Shown piece by piece: positions 32,033 to 42,559 of a stretch of 64,000 bases of DNA. The stretch lies in assembly GCA_963737065.1 (NCBI GenBank), contig CAVTRC010000001.1, forward strand, positions 2,400,001 to 2,464,000, written 5' to 3'. The position numbers and the translations under genes were made by a program. Each line of letters begins with the position of its first letter. Position 1 is the stretch's first letter. Source of the stretch: Candidatus Eremiobacteria bacterium (GTDB lineage: Bacteria > Vulcanimicrobiota > Vulcanimicrobiia > Vulcanimicrobiales > Vulcanimicrobiaceae). The notes below the pieces were generated by a model. The model saw only the letters and a list, made by a program, of their open reading frames with translations, was not told the DNA's origin and ran no database searches.

Positions 32033-32863
32033 CCGGAAGCGCAGTGCGAAGATCGTCGTTGGGCGCGCCACGATGACGTCCGCTTCGTCGAGCGGTGCGT
32101 CTCGCGCGTCGTTGGGACGGACCGCGAGAATCGCCATTGGTGTCGTCGCTGCCGGCGGTGTCGCGTAGCGCGCATCGCGGTTCGGAAAAAACAACTCGCT
32201 CGCGCGCGGTTGCGAGACCTCGCCGCGCATGCCGAGGAAGGCGCACGCATGCGAACCGAAGCTGCGAAGCACCGGACCATCGCGCGCGAACGCGATCGCG
32301 CGTTCGCCGCCGTATCCGATATCGAGCGGCACGATCAATCGTCCGCGATCTTTCAACGATCGCCACCAACTCGCTTCGATATCAGGGGCACGCGCCGTGA
32401 CGACGATGCGATCGAAGAGCGTATCGCTTGGCTCGACGCCGTTCGCTGCACGAACCTCGACGTTAACATACCCCCCTTCCCGCAATTGCCCGCGTGCGCG
32501 CTCTAGAAGATCCCGTTCGATTTCGCAACTGACGACGCGGCCGTGGGGGCCGGTAAGTTGGGACAGAAGGGCGGCGTTATATCCGCTTCCGGTGCCGATT
32601 TCGAGAACGGAATCGCCCTCGCGGACGTCGAGCATTTCGAGCATCTGCACGATCATGCTGGGCTGAGAGATCGACGAGATGACGTAGCCGTTGCGCTCTT
32701 TGATCGCGATCGCGCGATCATCGTAGGCATCCTCGACGCTGATCTCCGGGACGAAAACGTGCCGCCGAACGTGCAGCATCGCGTCGCGCACGCGCGGGTC
32801 GTGCAGCATGCCGCTGCGCTCTAAGCGCTCGACGAGTCGTTCGCGGATCTGGACTTCATTCAC
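32027..32863 (-). CDS. Protein-L-isoaspartate O-methyltransferase family
   Basis: V.RHVFVP, SSISQP, VLEIGTGSGYNAALL, FDRIVVT. Confidence 0.88.
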   Translation of the reverse strand: MNEVQIRERLVERLERSGMLHDPRVRDAMLHVRRHVFVPEISVEDAYDDRAIAIKERNGYVISSISQPSMIVQMLEMLDVREGDSVLEIGTGSGYNAALLSQLTGPHGRVVSCEIERDLLERARGQLREGGYVNVEVRAANGVEPSDTLFDRIVVTARAPDIEASWWRSLKDRGRLIVPLDIGYGGERAIAFARDGPVLRSFGSHACAFLGMRGEVSQPRASELFFPNRDARYATPPAATTPMAILAVRPNDARDAPLDEADVIVARPTTIFALRFRS

Positions 32864-32940
32864 GGTCGTTCTCGGTCGGACATTCGCTTAGGCTACGCGC
32901 GGACGCGCGGCGTTCGCGAACACATGGCCGCGCGATCGGG

Positions 32941-33165
32941 CTACACTTGCAACACTTGGGTGACTTCGGGAACGTCGGCGACGACGACGGCTTCGATGGC
33001 GCCTTTGAGTGTCATCGTCGACGCGGGACATCCGCCGCACGCGCCGAGCATCTGGACGTACGCGGTTCCGTCCTCGACTTTTATCAGCCACACCTCGCCG
33101 CCGTCGGCCGCAATTCCGGGTCGCACTTTGTCGAGCGCTGCGTTGACGCGCTCTTCAACCGTCAA
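32941..33165 (-). CDS. NifU C-terminal domain (Nfu) Fe-S carrier
   Basis: VRP.IAADGG.V, GACGGCP.S..TLK. Confidence 0.92.
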   Translation of the reverse strand: MTVEERVNAALDKVRPGIAADGGEVWLIKVEDGTAYVQMLGACGGCPASTMTLKGAIEAVVVADVPEVTQVLQV

Positions 33166-33166
33166 A

Positions 33167-34093
33167 TTATTGCTCCTGACCGTAGCCCTTCATGAGATCG
33201 TGCATGCGCGACGCTATGTCGAGCGCGCTGTCCCACGTGCGCTGCCACATGTTTCGTCCGAAGATCAGACCCGTGCAGCCGGCTTCCATTGCGGCGCGCG
33301 CCTTTTGGATCGTTGCGTCGTCACCCATCTTGCTGCCGCCGGAGACCAGCACGAGCGTACGTCCCGCCGACTTGACGACTTTTTGCAGCCCTTCGACATC
33401 ATTGTACTCGAGCGTATTATAGGGCTTCGGCAGCGCCGACGCTTTCTCAGACTCCCACTTCGGTTCGTTCAGTTTCACGATGTCGCATCCGATTTCGCAG
33501 GCGACGCGCGCCGCGTAGTCCACGGCGTAGAGCGAATCGATTCCGCCCTTCGCTTTGATCGCCGCGCCGCGCGGATACGCCCAGATTACGAGGGGCATTC
33601 CATAGCGTTCGCATTCGCGACGCACGTCGTTTGCCTGCGCGATGTCAAGGTCTTGCGCCGGGCTTCCGACGTAGAGCGTATATCCGACGGCATCCGCACC
33701 GAGACGCACGGCATCTTCCACCGACGACGTTAGCGGGCTGAACGCGTCGTCGTCGTTCGGGACGTTCGTTTTCCCGTTGATCTTCAAGAGCAGCGGAACG
33801 CGCCCGGCGTACTGCTTCTGATACTTTTCCGCAAGGCCGACGTGAAGCGCGATGCCGGAAAAATTGCCCTCGACCGCGAGGCGATAGATCCAGTCGGTAT
33901 CGATCGAATCGGGGTTGTCGAAAAAGTCGACCGGCCCGTGTTCGAGGCCTTGGTCGATAGGCAGCATCATCAGCGTACCGTTGGCCGGTCCGTGTTCGTA
34001 CATCAACCGGTGCAAACGCGTGCGTTTGCCGATCGAGAGGTTCATCTGATCGAACGTCGGACGCCGCACCGCGGCGGTCAATGTCGTGCTCAT
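33167..34093 (-). CDS. Class I (DhnA-type) fructose-bisphosphate aldolase
   Basis: LPIDQGLEHGP, AVRLGADAVGYT.Y.GS, WAYPRG, DIVK, GLIFGRN.WQR. Confidence 0.92.
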   Translation of the reverse strand: MSTTLTAAVRRPTFDQMNLSIGKRTRLHRLMYEHGPANGTLMMLPIDQGLEHGPVDFFDNPDSIDTDWIYRLAVEGNFSGIALHVGLAEKYQKQYAGRVPLLLKINGKTNVPNDDDAFSPLTSSVEDAVRLGADAVGYTLYVGSPAQDLDIAQANDVRRECERYGMPLVIWAYPRGAAIKAKGGIDSLYAVDYAARVACEIGCDIVKLNEPKWESEKASALPKPYNTLEYNDVEGLQKVVKSAGRTLVLVSGGSKMGDDATIQKARAAMEAGCTGLIFGRNMWQRTWDSALDIASRMHDLMKGYGQEQ

Positions 34094-34145
34094 GACCTCG
34101 CGGCTTCGGCCAGGACCAGGGCCGTGCCTGTATAAACTCGGGCGC

Positions 34146-35042
34146 GTGAGCGCTACGCCAAACGTTGGATTCATCGGCTTGGGTGCGATGGGCGAGCCGA
34201 TGGCTATGTCGCTCCTGCGCGCCGGTTTTCCAGTCACAGCAGCGGCACATCGCCGGAAAGAGCCGCTCGAACGCTTGGCGTCCGCCGGCGCCGCTACAGC
34301 AGCGGATCCCGCCGCGGTCGCGGCCGCAAGTAACGTCGTCATTCTCTGCGTGCCCGATGCACCGGACGTCGAGGAGTCGCTCTTCGGTGAACGCGGCGTC
34401 GTGCACGGCCTGCGCGATGATTGCGTCGTGATCGATATGTCGACGATCTCGCCGATCGCTTCAAAAACATTTTCGCAACGGTTACGCGAGCGCGGCGTGC
34501 ATTTCGTCGATGCACCGGTGAGCGGCGGACCGGCGCGTGCGAAGGAAGGGACGTTGACGATCATGGCCGGCGCGGAACACCCGGTGTTCGAGCGAGTCGA
34601 ACCGGTATTGCGCGCAATGGGTACTCCGTATTATCTCGGCGGCGTCGGCATGGGTGAAACGGTCAAGCTCGTGAACCAAATCATCATCGCGAGCGTGATG
34701 ATCGCCAACGCCGAAGCGTTGGTGTTCGCACGGAAAGCGGGAGCGAATCTGGAGTCGGTCCGAAAAGTTATCGCGACCGCGACGGGATCGAACTACGTTC
34801 TAGACCAATGGCTACCAAAGACCTGGTTTGCCGGGAGCTTCGAAGGCGGCTTCGCTATGGATCTGCTGCGCAAAGACGTGGCAGCCGCGCTCGATGCAGC
34901 GCGCGCAATGGGCTATGCGATGCCGGCAACGGGCCTTGCCTATCAACTCTATACCGCTCGATCGGCAGAAGGAGATGGCGCACTGGATTACAGTGCGATC
35001 GCCAAATCGTATGAACGGATCGCTGGAGACGAAGTCCTCTAG
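34146..35042 (+). CDS. Beta-hydroxyacid (3-hydroxyisobutyrate/tartronate semialdehyde) dehydrogenase family
   Basis: GFIGLGAMG.PMA, DAPVSGG, G..VKLVNQ, F...L..KD. Confidence 0.9.
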   Translation: MSATPNVGFIGLGAMGEPMAMSLLRAGFPVTAAAHRRKEPLERLASAGAATAADPAAVAAASNVVILCVPDAPDVEESLFGERGVVHGLRDDCVVIDMSTISPIASKTFSQRLRERGVHFVDAPVSGGPARAKEGTLTIMAGAEHPVFERVEPVLRAMGTPYYLGGVGMGETVKLVNQIIIASVMIANAEALVFARKAGANLESVRKVIATATGSNYVLDQWLPKTWFAGSFEGGFAMDLLRKDVAAALDAARAMGYAMPATGLAYQLYTARSAEGDGALDYSAIAKSYERIAGDEVL

Positions 35043-35751
35043 GGGCACGTTCGTCAAAAGCCCGGACTTCAACAAGAAGATCCTGGTTGTTGACGACGAG
35101 TCGGCAATTCTACAAACGCTGCGCTTCAACTTAGAGCGCAGCGGTTACACCGTCGTGACGGCAAGCGACGGACGCAGTGCGGTCGCGATGGCCCAGCGCG
35201 AATCGCCCGACTTGATCGTGCTCGACATCATGCTGCCCGTACTTGACGGTGTCGAAGCGTGCAAGGAGATCCGGAAGTTCAGCTCGGTCCCGATCATCAT
35301 GTTGACGGCGAAGGATCAGGAGATCGACAAAGTGCTCGCACTCGAGCTCGGCGCCGACGACTACGTCACAAAGCCGTTCGCACTTCACGAGTTCCTCGCG
35401 CGGGTCAAGGCACGGCTGCGCCGTCAGGCGCCGATTCAAGGCGGTCACGAAGAAGCGATCTCGCTCGGCGATATCGTGCTCGATCCGTCGCGCCAGCAGC
35501 TGACGGTACGCGGCAAAGGCGTGTCGCTCGCGCCGAAAGAGTTCGCATTGCTGCGCGTGCTGATGGAGAACAACGGCCGCGTCGTGACGCGTCAAACGCT
35601 TCTTGACAAAGTCTGGGGCTACGACTTCGAAGGCGAGCAGCAAACCGTCAGCGTGCACATTCGGTGGCTGCGCGAAAAGATCGAACAGGACTCGCGCAAC
35701 CCGCGACACATCATCACCGTGCGCTCACGCGGATACATGTTCAAGGCGTAG
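35011..35751 (+). CDS. OmpR/PhoB-family response regulator (probably PhoB/PhoP)
   Basis: ILVVDD, LDIMLP, GADDYVTKPF, winged helix VHIRWLREKIE; adjacent to a kinase and pstB. Confidence 0.92.
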   Translation: MNGSLETKSSRGTFVKSPDFNKKILVVDDESAILQTLRFNLERSGYTVVTASDGRSAVAMAQRESPDLIVLDIMLPVLDGVEACKEIRKFSSVPIIMLTAKDQEIDKVLALELGADDYVTKPFALHEFLARVKARLRRQAPIQGGHEEAISLGDIVLDPSRQQLTVRGKGVSLAPKEFALLRVLMENNGRVVTRQTLLDKVWGYDFEGEQQTVSVHIRWLREKIEQDSRNPRHIITVRSRGYMFKA

Positions 35752-35767
35752 GGCGGAGCGTCGCCAC

Positions 35768-36949
35768 GTGGTTGACACGGCCTCGGTCATCGGACTCCTC
35801 ATCGTTGCGGCGGCGCTTGGAAGCGTCGCCGGTTTCTTATATGGACGCCTCCGTAACGCCGGCGATACCGCGCTTGCCGTCGAACAGACGGCGCCGCAAG
35901 AAGCGCCCGGTTCCGACAACGACTTCGCGCGCCTCGTGCGCGCGCTACCCCTCGGAGTCGTGTTCGTCGATGCGAGGGCGCGGGTTCGCTTCGCGAATCC
36001 GGCGGCCGGAATCATCTTCGGCTTCGATCCTGAGCGCGCGATCGGTGGTCACGTGATTGCGTCGATTCCAAACGTCGAATTGGAGCGGCGCATCGCCGAC
36101 GCGCTGCGCGGCGAAGCGTCGGTTGCACCGATGACGTTCTCCACAGCCGAGCGGCGCAGCACCTACGGGCTTTACGTATATCCGTTGAGCGATCACGACC
36201 GCACGCACGGCGTCGTCGTCTTTGCGGACGATCAAACCGAAATCGCGCGTCTCGAACGTGCGCGTAAAGAATTCCTCACCAACGTTTCGCACGAGTTGCG
36301 CACGCCGCTGTCGTCGATCAAGCTCATGTTGGAAACGGTGGTCGAGTCACCGGACGATGAAGCCGCCGACATTTTTTTGCCGCAAGTGCTCGGACAAGTA
36401 GACCGCCTTGCCGCACTCGTCGGACAACTTCTCGAACAGGCACGCGCCGAATCCGGACAGCTCAAGCTAAATTTGCGCGACGTCGAGCTGGAAGACGTCG
36501 CGCGTCAGATCGTTGCGACGTTCGAACCGCAAGCATCGCACAAGGGCGTTCGTTTGCAGTTGCACGCGATGCGGCCCGTTCGGGTGGAGGCTGACCCGGA
36601 TCGCCTCGCGCAAGTCTGCGTTAACGTGATCGACAACGCGCTGCGCCATACGCCGAGCGGCGGCAGCGTTACGGTCGAGCTCGACGCGAGCGGAAACGAT
36701 GCGATCATGCGCGTTCGCGACACGGGCGTCGGAATACCATACCGCGATCTGCCGCACATCTTCGAGCGCTTCTACGTCGTGGATCGCTCGCGTACGCGCG
36801 AAAGCGGCGGCGCCGGCCTCGGACTCGCAATCGTCAAAGGCATTGTCGAGGCGCACGGCGGAACGGTCTCGGCCGAATCGATGCTCGGTTCGGGAACGGT
36901 CTTCACGATTCGATTACCGATCATGCGAACGGTCCCACGTAAAGCGTAA
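35768..36949 (+). CDS. phoR: PhoR-like sensor histidine kinase (TM-PAS-HisKA-HATPase)
   Basis: NVSHELRTPL, N..DNA, DTGVGI, FERFY.VD.SR, GAGLGLAI. Confidence 0.8.
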   Translation: MVDTASVIGLLIVAAALGSVAGFLYGRLRNAGDTALAVEQTAPQEAPGSDNDFARLVRALPLGVVFVDARARVRFANPAAGIIFGFDPERAIGGHVIASIPNVELERRIADALRGEASVAPMTFSTAERRSTYGLYVYPLSDHDRTHGVVVFADDQTEIARLERARKEFLTNVSHELRTPLSSIKLMLETVVESPDDEAADIFLPQVLGQVDRLAALVGQLLEQARAESGQLKLNLRDVELEDVARQIVATFEPQASHKGVRLQLHAMRPVRVEADPDRLAQVCVNVIDNALRHTPSGGSVTVELDASGNDAIMRVRDTGVGIPYRDLPHIFERFYVVDRSRTRESGGAGLGLAIVKGIVEAHGGTVSAESMLGSGTVFTIRLPIMRTVPRKA

Positions 36950-36980
36950 CGACGAATATTGTTTGTTGAGCCCACGTATA

Positions 36981-37007
36981 CCTTAATACGCCTTAATCTG
37001 TAGTTAT
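36981..37007 (+). promoter_or_regulatory. Pho-box-like direct repeats upstream of pstB
   Basis: CCTTAATACG-CCTTAATCTG. The 11-mer CGCCTTAATCT is shared with the porin promoter. Confidence 0.55.
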
Positions 37008-37067
37008 GTTTGCGCGCGGAGGATACCGTAGGAGCTGCACCGCCTCGCGGGAACTCATACGGCGCCG

Positions 37068-37859
37068 ATGATCGTTACGAATCGCGACGAAACGAGTGCC
37101 CCTGCGGCAACGAAACTCGAAACCAAAGATCTGCAGGTGTACTACGGCAAGTTTCATGCAATCAAAAATGCCGACTTGAGCGTCGGCGAGCATAGCGTCA
37201 TGGCGCTGATCGGTCCATCAGGTTGCGGGAAGTCGACGTTTCTGCGTGCGCTCAATCGCATGCACGACCTTACGCCGGATGCGCGCGTGGAAGGCCACGT
37301 GCTCTTGGATGGAACGGACATCTACGCAAACGATATCGACCCCGTCACGATCCGGCATCGAATCGGCATGGTGTTTCAGCGGCCGAATCCTTTCCCGAAG
37401 ACGATCTACGAAAACGTCGTGTACGGCCCGAAGATTCACGGAGTGCGCAACCGCAAGACGCTGATGGAGATCTGCGAGCGCAGTCTGCGCGGTGCGGCGT
37501 TGTGGGATGAAGTGAAGGATCGGCTCGATCGCAGCGCGATCGATTTGTCGGGGGGCCAGCAGCAACGCCTGTGCATTGCGCGGTGCCTTGCCGTCGATCC
37601 AGAAGTCATTCTCATGGACGAACCTGCCTCCGCGCTCGATCCGATTGCCACGAGCAAGATCGAAGACTTGATCGACGAACTGAAAAAGGCGTACACCGTT
37701 GTAATCGTCACGCATTCGATGCAGCAGGCCGCGCGCATCAGCGATTTCACGACGTTCTTTCTGATGGGCGAATTGATCGAATCGGCGCCGACGAAGGCAA
37801 TCTTCACGACGCCGCACGACAAGCGGACCGAGGACTACATAACCGGCCGATACGGCTAG
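37068..37859 (+). CDS. pstB: Phosphate ABC transporter ATP-binding protein
   Basis: [47 protein letters not shown]. Confidence 0.96.
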   Translation: MIVTNRDETSAPAATKLETKDLQVYYGKFHAIKNADLSVGEHSVMALIGPSGCGKSTFLRALNRMHDLTPDARVEGHVLLDGTDIYANDIDPVTIRHRIGMVFQRPNPFPKTIYENVVYGPKIHGVRNRKTLMEICERSLRGAALWDEVKDRLDRSAIDLSGGQQQRLCIARCLAVDPEVILMDEPASALDPIATSKIEDLIDELKKAYTVVIVTHSMQQAARISDFTTFFLMGELIESAPTKAIFTTPHDKRTEDYITGRYG

Positions 37860-37946
37860 GGCGTCCTTGCGCTAGCAACGAAGCGCTATCCCGGTACATA
37901 AAAGCGGCAAAAATAGGGGCAAATGCGCGTGGAATTGAGAACGTCA

Positions 37947-37978
37947 ACTTAAGACGATGTTAAATGCGCCTTAATCTA
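37947..37978 (+). promoter_or_regulatory. Pho-box-like triple repeat upstream of porin
   Basis: TTAA at 37949, 37960 and 37971, with exact 11-bp periodicity. Confidence 0.65.
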
Positions 37979-38037
37979 CTGACGGTAGCATTGGGCCGAG
38001 ACCTCCTGACCCCGTTTTCGTAAGGAGATTCTTTTAC

Positions 38038-39636
38038 GTGTTTACCAAACTCGCGCGCATCGGCGTAGTCCTCGCGGCGATCGTTTTGGCGGGCACTTCA
38101 TTTGCGCTGGCGGAAACAACGGCAACACCAGCGTCGACGAAGGTTGCGCAGGCATCCCCTGAGCCCAGCTCCTCGCCGAATCCGTTCAGCTATCGCGGCT
38201 ACGTTCGTGCGTTTGACTTTACGCGCCAAAACGCATATGGCGGTCACTCAGCGGTGAACCAGCAATCGTTCAACGCGGCGATCAGCCTCCACGGTGATTA
38301 TCAATTCCTCGGCAGCGGCTTCGATATCGGTGCTTCGTACCTTTACGCGAACCCGCTGAGCAACTGCGTATCGGCGGTTTCGCACCTCTCGCCGCCGTGC
38401 GGCGCGAACAAGGCTCCGGACTTGAACCCGGACGACACGCTTCCGGGCTACGAACTCAATACGCTCTATGAAGCGTACGCGCAATTCAAAGCGACGAATT
38501 TCACGATTAAGGCCGGCCAAATGGTGCCGCCCGCCGATCTCGTGTGGACGCCGGCCGGTGATTCGCGCCTCAAACCGTCCGCATATCGCGGCGGATACGC
38601 GACGTTCGCTGTGAACAGCGAGTTCTCGCTCGAGGTCGGTGACTGGTACCAATGGGAAGCGCGCAATCTTTCCGACTTCAATAACTACACGCTGCTTACC
38701 GACAATCCGGCGTTCCCATATCCGGGTGCGGTCGGTCTTTCGGGGCTCTATTTCGATCCGGCGAGAGCGGGACTTTCGAATGGCGGCGTGTATTTCGGCC
38801 GCATCGGTTATACCGGCCCGAAGAGCGCTCCGCTGACCGCGGGTGTTTCGTTTTACGGTTTCAACCAAATCGCGAATGCGGTATGGGTCGATGCCCGGTA
38901 TGCGTTGCCAGTCGCTGCCAAGTTGAAACCGTACCTTGCGTTCCAGTTCGGAAATGAAACGAATCCCAGTAGCGGTTTTCTCGGGAAGATCGCTTCAACG
39001 GTCGTCGGTTTGCAAGGCGGCGTCAACGTCGTTCCAAACGTGCAGCTCGTCGTCGCCGGGGACTACCTTCCGACGAAGACCGACACGCTCTCCGCTGCAC
39101 AAATGGCATCGGGCGGTGTTATCTGCAATGCCACGCACACCGTGGCGCTCGCGCCCGGCGCGAAACCGAATCACGTGAATTTCCCGTATTTCCTTCCGAC
39201 CGGCGGTACGGGCAACTGCGCGCCGAACGCGGACGGTTCCACGAACATCTACTACGGTGGATGGGCGTCGCCATACACCGACTCGTTTGCCGCCGACGCG
39301 TTCTTCACGACGGAAATGACGCAGGGCATGGTCGATCGTCGCAGTCCCGGGACGTCGGCGAAAGCGCAGCTCACGTACACGTCGAGCGATAAGCGTCTCG
39401 TCGCATTCGTCAACCACGGCTGGTACGATTACAACAACGGCGCATACGACAACGGGACGCAAGAAACGGACTTCGACGCAACGTATTTCTTCAATCACGT
39501 TCCGAAGTCGGGCCCGTACAAGGGCTTCTCGTTCCGCTACCGTTACGGTGAGCGCGACTCGTCGCCGACCTTCAAGGGCGGTTCGCCGGTTGGACTGTTC
39601 AAGTACAACCGATTCCAGGCGGAGTACGACTTCTAG
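38038..39636 (+). CDS. Outer-membrane porin (OprD-like beta-barrel)
   Basis: Signal peptide, amphipathic aromatic strands, LYEAY...KAG, C-terminal RFQAEYDF; AAGGAG SD. Confidence 0.75.
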   Translation: MFTKLARIGVVLAAIVLAGTSFALAETTATPASTKVAQASPEPSSSPNPFSYRGYVRAFDFTRQNAYGGHSAVNQQSFNAAISLHGDYQFLGSGFDIGASYLYANPLSNCVSAVSHLSPPCGANKAPDLNPDDTLPGYELNTLYEAYAQFKATNFTIKAGQMVPPADLVWTPAGDSRLKPSAYRGGYATFAVNSEFSLEVGDWYQWEARNLSDFNNYTLLTDNPAFPYPGAVGLSGLYFDPARAGLSNGGVYFGRIGYTGPKSAPLTAGVSFYGFNQIANAVWVDARYALPVAAKLKPYLAFQFGNETNPSSGFLGKIASTVVGLQGGVNVVPNVQLVVAGDYLPTKTDTLSAAQMASGGVICNATHTVALAPGAKPNHVNFPYFLPTGGTGNCAPNADGSTNIYYGGWASPYTDSFAADAFFTTEMTQGMVDRRSPGTSAKAQLTYTSSDKRLVAFVNHGWYDYNNGAYDNGTQETDFDATYFFNHVPKSGPYKGFSFRYRYGERDSSPTFKGGSPVGLFKYNRFQAEYDF

Positions 39637-39659
39637 TACTTGCTGATCGCAAAGCAACA

Positions 39660-39697
39660 AAAGGGGCCCGCGTCATCATAAAAGGCGCGGGCTCTTT
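39660..39697. terminator. Hairpin terminator after porin
   Basis: AAAGGGGCCCGCG...CGCGGGCTCTTT. Confidence 0.6.
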
Positions 39698-39721
39698 CGC
39701 GTGCAATAGTTTGTCCCCGAC

Positions 39722-40780
39722 ATGCCATCGACGATGAAAGCGCTCTCAAAGCTCGCTCCGGAGCCCGGCTTCGTGTTGCACGACGTTGCGGTTCCGCAGA
39801 TCGGCGCGACCGACGTGTTGATCCGTGTAGAAAAAGCCGGCGTATGCGGCACCGACGCGCACATTTACGGTTGGGACAATTGGGCGCAGCATCGCGTGCA
39901 TCCGCCGCTCGTGATCGGTCATGAATTCATGGGAACCGTTGAAGACGTCGGCGCGGCCGTTCGCTCGGTGAAGCGGGGCGACCGCGTTTCGGCGGAGGGA
40001 CACATCGCCGACCTTACGTGCGTGCTTTGCCGCACGGGCCAAGCGCACATCTGCGAACATGTAAAGATCATCGGGGTCGATCGCGACGGCGCGTTCGCCG
40101 AGTACATTGCGATGCCCGAATACAATGTGTGGAAGCTGGATCGCGCGATCTCAGATGAGTTTGCGGCCGTCTTCGATCCGCTCGGAAACGCCGTGCACAC
40201 CGTCATGACGGCGGGCGTAAGCACGAAGAGCGTCGTCATAACGGGCGTCGGCTCGATCGGACTGATGGCGATTCCCGTAGCGCGCGCGGCGGGCGCGGCG
40301 ACGGTGTATGCGATCGACGTGAATCCCGCGAAGTTACAGCTCGCAAAGCGTCTGGGTGCCGATGAAACGTTTGACGCGCGCGCGCCGGGGCTCGTCGATG
40401 AAATCAAAGCGCGAACCAACGGCGACGGCGTCGAAGTGCTGCTCGAGATGTCGGGCAGCGGTTCGGCGATCGATATGGGTTTGCAAATGGTTCGCAACGG
40501 CGGGACCGCCGCGCTGCTCGGTATTCCCAGTGATTCGGTCAATATCAACCTCGCGGAGGGCATCATCTTCAAGGGATTGACCGTGCTCGGCATCAACGGT
40601 CGCAAGATGTTCGAAACGTGGTATCAGACGCAAGCGCTCGTCAAGAGCGGACGCGTGGATTTGCGGCCGATCATCACGCACGTCTTGCCGTTTGCACAAT
40701 TCGATCGCGCGTTCGAACTGATGCGCAGCGGCGAAGCGGCGAAAATCGTTCTCGACCTCAAGGGAGATTTGGCGAAGTGA
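39722..40780 (+). CDS. tdh: L-threonine 3-dehydrogenase
   Basis: CGTD.HIY.W, GHEF.G, DPLGNAVHT, GRKMFETWY; precedes kbl. Confidence 0.95.
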   Translation: MPSTMKALSKLAPEPGFVLHDVAVPQIGATDVLIRVEKAGVCGTDAHIYGWDNWAQHRVHPPLVIGHEFMGTVEDVGAAVRSVKRGDRVSAEGHIADLTCVLCRTGQAHICEHVKIIGVDRDGAFAEYIAMPEYNVWKLDRAISDEFAAVFDPLGNAVHTVMTAGVSTKSVVITGVGSIGLMAIPVARAAGAATVYAIDVNPAKLQLAKRLGADETFDARAPGLVDEIKARTNGDGVEVLLEMSGSGSAIDMGLQMVRNGGTAALLGIPSDSVNINLAEGIIFKGLTVLGINGRKMFETWYQTQALVKSGRVDLRPIITHVLPFAQFDRAFELMRSGEAAKIVLDLKGDLAK

Positions 40781-41970
40781 ATGCGACGTTCAAATCGCAA
40801 CTCCAGTCCGAACTCGACGGCTTGAAACAAGCCGGCACGTACAAACATTTGCGTCACCTGACGACGCCGATGGCGCCCGAAGTCCATATGGAAGAAGCGG
40901 GTGACGTGATCGTGCTCTCGAGCAACAATTACCTCGGCCTCTCAGACAACGCGGATGTCATCGAGGCGGGCATCGAAGGGCTACGCAAGTACGGCGCCGG
41001 CACGGCGTCCGTTCGGTTTATCTGTGGAACGTTCGACATCCACCGGACGCTCGAAGAGCGCATTGCGAAGTTCCTTGCGACGGAAGCGTCGCTGAGCTAC
41101 GTTGCGTGCTGGAATGCGAACACGGGGCTCTTCGCTACCATTTGCGGCGAAGGATCCGCGATTATCTCCGACGAGCTCAATCACGCATCGATCATCGACG
41201 GCGTGCGCCTCGCAAGTAAAGCGAAGCGCGCGGTCTATAAGCACGGCGATATGGCGGATCTCGAAGCAAAGCTCAAAGAGTTGCAAGCCCTCTCGCCGAT
41301 CCTCGTGGTGACGGACGGCGTCTTCTCGATGGAAGGCTCGATTGCGAAGCTTCCGGAGATCGTTGCATTGTGCAAACAATACAATGCCGTGAGCGTCGTC
41401 GACGATTCGCACGGTACCGGCGTCATGGGAAAGACCGGACGCGGCACGATCGAGCACTTCGGCCTCGAAGGACAGGTCGACATCATCACGGGCACGCTCG
41501 GCAAAGCGCTCGGTGGAGCCGCCGGCGGTTTTGTCGCGGGAAGCTCTGCGCTGATCGATATGCTGATCCAACGTTCTCGGCCGCAGCTTTTCTCGAACGC
41601 ATTGCCCGCGACCGTCGCATGCAGTTCGCTCGCCGCGATCGACTATGTTGACGCTCACCCGGATCTCGTTCAGCGACTGCGCGACAACGTTGCCTATTTC
41701 CGCGACGGCCTGACGCGCTTAGGATTCAAGCCGCTCGATGGGCCGAGTGCGATCGTGCCGATCATCGTCGGCGAAACGGCATTTGCGATCGCGATGAGCG
41801 ACAAGCTGCTCGAACACGGCGTTTTTGTGACGGGTTTCGGCTTCCCCGTTGTGCCGGAAGGCACGGCTCGCATTCGCACGCAACTTTCTGCCGCATTAAC
41901 GAAAGCGGAGATGGATCGCGCGCTTGCCGCATTCGAGTCGGTGGGGAAAGAGGTCGGTCTACTGAAATAG
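40777..41970 (+). CDS. kbl: 2-amino-3-ketobutyrate CoA ligase (glycine C-acetyltransferase)
   Basis: SNNYLGL, SVRFICGT, NHASIIDG, DDSH, GTLGKALGG, ARIRTQ. Confidence 0.95.
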   Translation: MNATFKSQLQSELDGLKQAGTYKHLRHLTTPMAPEVHMEEAGDVIVLSSNNYLGLSDNADVIEAGIEGLRKYGAGTASVRFICGTFDIHRTLEERIAKFLATEASLSYVACWNANTGLFATICGEGSAIISDELNHASIIDGVRLASKAKRAVYKHGDMADLEAKLKELQALSPILVVTDGVFSMEGSIAKLPEIVALCKQYNAVSVVDDSHGTGVMGKTGRGTIEHFGLEGQVDIITGTLGKALGGAAGGFVAGSSALIDMLIQRSRPQLFSNALPATVACSSLAAIDYVDAHPDLVQRLRDNVAYFRDGLTRLGFKPLDGPSAIVPIIVGETAFAIAMSDKLLEHGVFVTGFGFPVVPEGTARIRTQLSAALTKAEMDRALAAFESVGKEVGLLK

Positions 41971-41974
41971 CCGC

Positions 41975-42559
41975 ATGGCGAAATTGTATTTCCGGTACTC
42001 GGCGATGAACGCGGGAAAATCGACCGCACTTATCCAGGTCGCGCATAACTATGAAGAAAACGGTCGCCGCGTCGCACTCTACACGGCGGCCATCGATCAC
42101 CGTTTCGGCGCCGGGGTGATCGCGTCGCGCATCGGCCCACGACGTGACGCGCGAACGTTTGATGCTTCGCTCGACTTCTTCGACGAAATGTCAAAGATGC
42201 GCGACATTTCATGCGTCTTGGTCGACGAGTCGCAGTTCATGACGCCCGATCAAGTGCGTGAGGTTCATCGCGGCGCACATCTGCTCGATATTCCGGTAAT
42301 CTGTTATGGGATCCGAACCGACTTTCTCGGCGACCCGTTCCCCGGCTCGATCTATCTGTCGGCGCTCGCGGACAGTATCGAAGAATTGAAGAACGTTTGT
42401 TCCTGTGGCCGCAAAGCAACGATGAATCCGCGCTTCGATCGCGGTGGCCGCCGAATTCGTTCCGGCGAGCAAGTCGCGATCGAAGGTAACGTCGAGTATC
42501 GTCCGATGTGCGCTCGCTGTTTTTACGATGACGATGGAGGAGCGAACAATGCGCCCTGA
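41975..42559 (+). CDS. tdk: Thymidine kinase
   Basis: MAKLYFRYSAMNAGKST, VDE.QF, YG.RTDF, CSCG, Y...C..C. Confidence 0.96.
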   Translation: MAKLYFRYSAMNAGKSTALIQVAHNYEENGRRVALYTAAIDHRFGAGVIASRIGPRRDARTFDASLDFFDEMSKMRDISCVLVDESQFMTPDQVREVHRGAHLLDIPVICYGIRTDFLGDPFPGSIYLSALADSIEELKNVCSCGRKATMNPRFDRGGRRIRSGEQVAIEGNVEYRPMCARCFYDDDGGANNAP

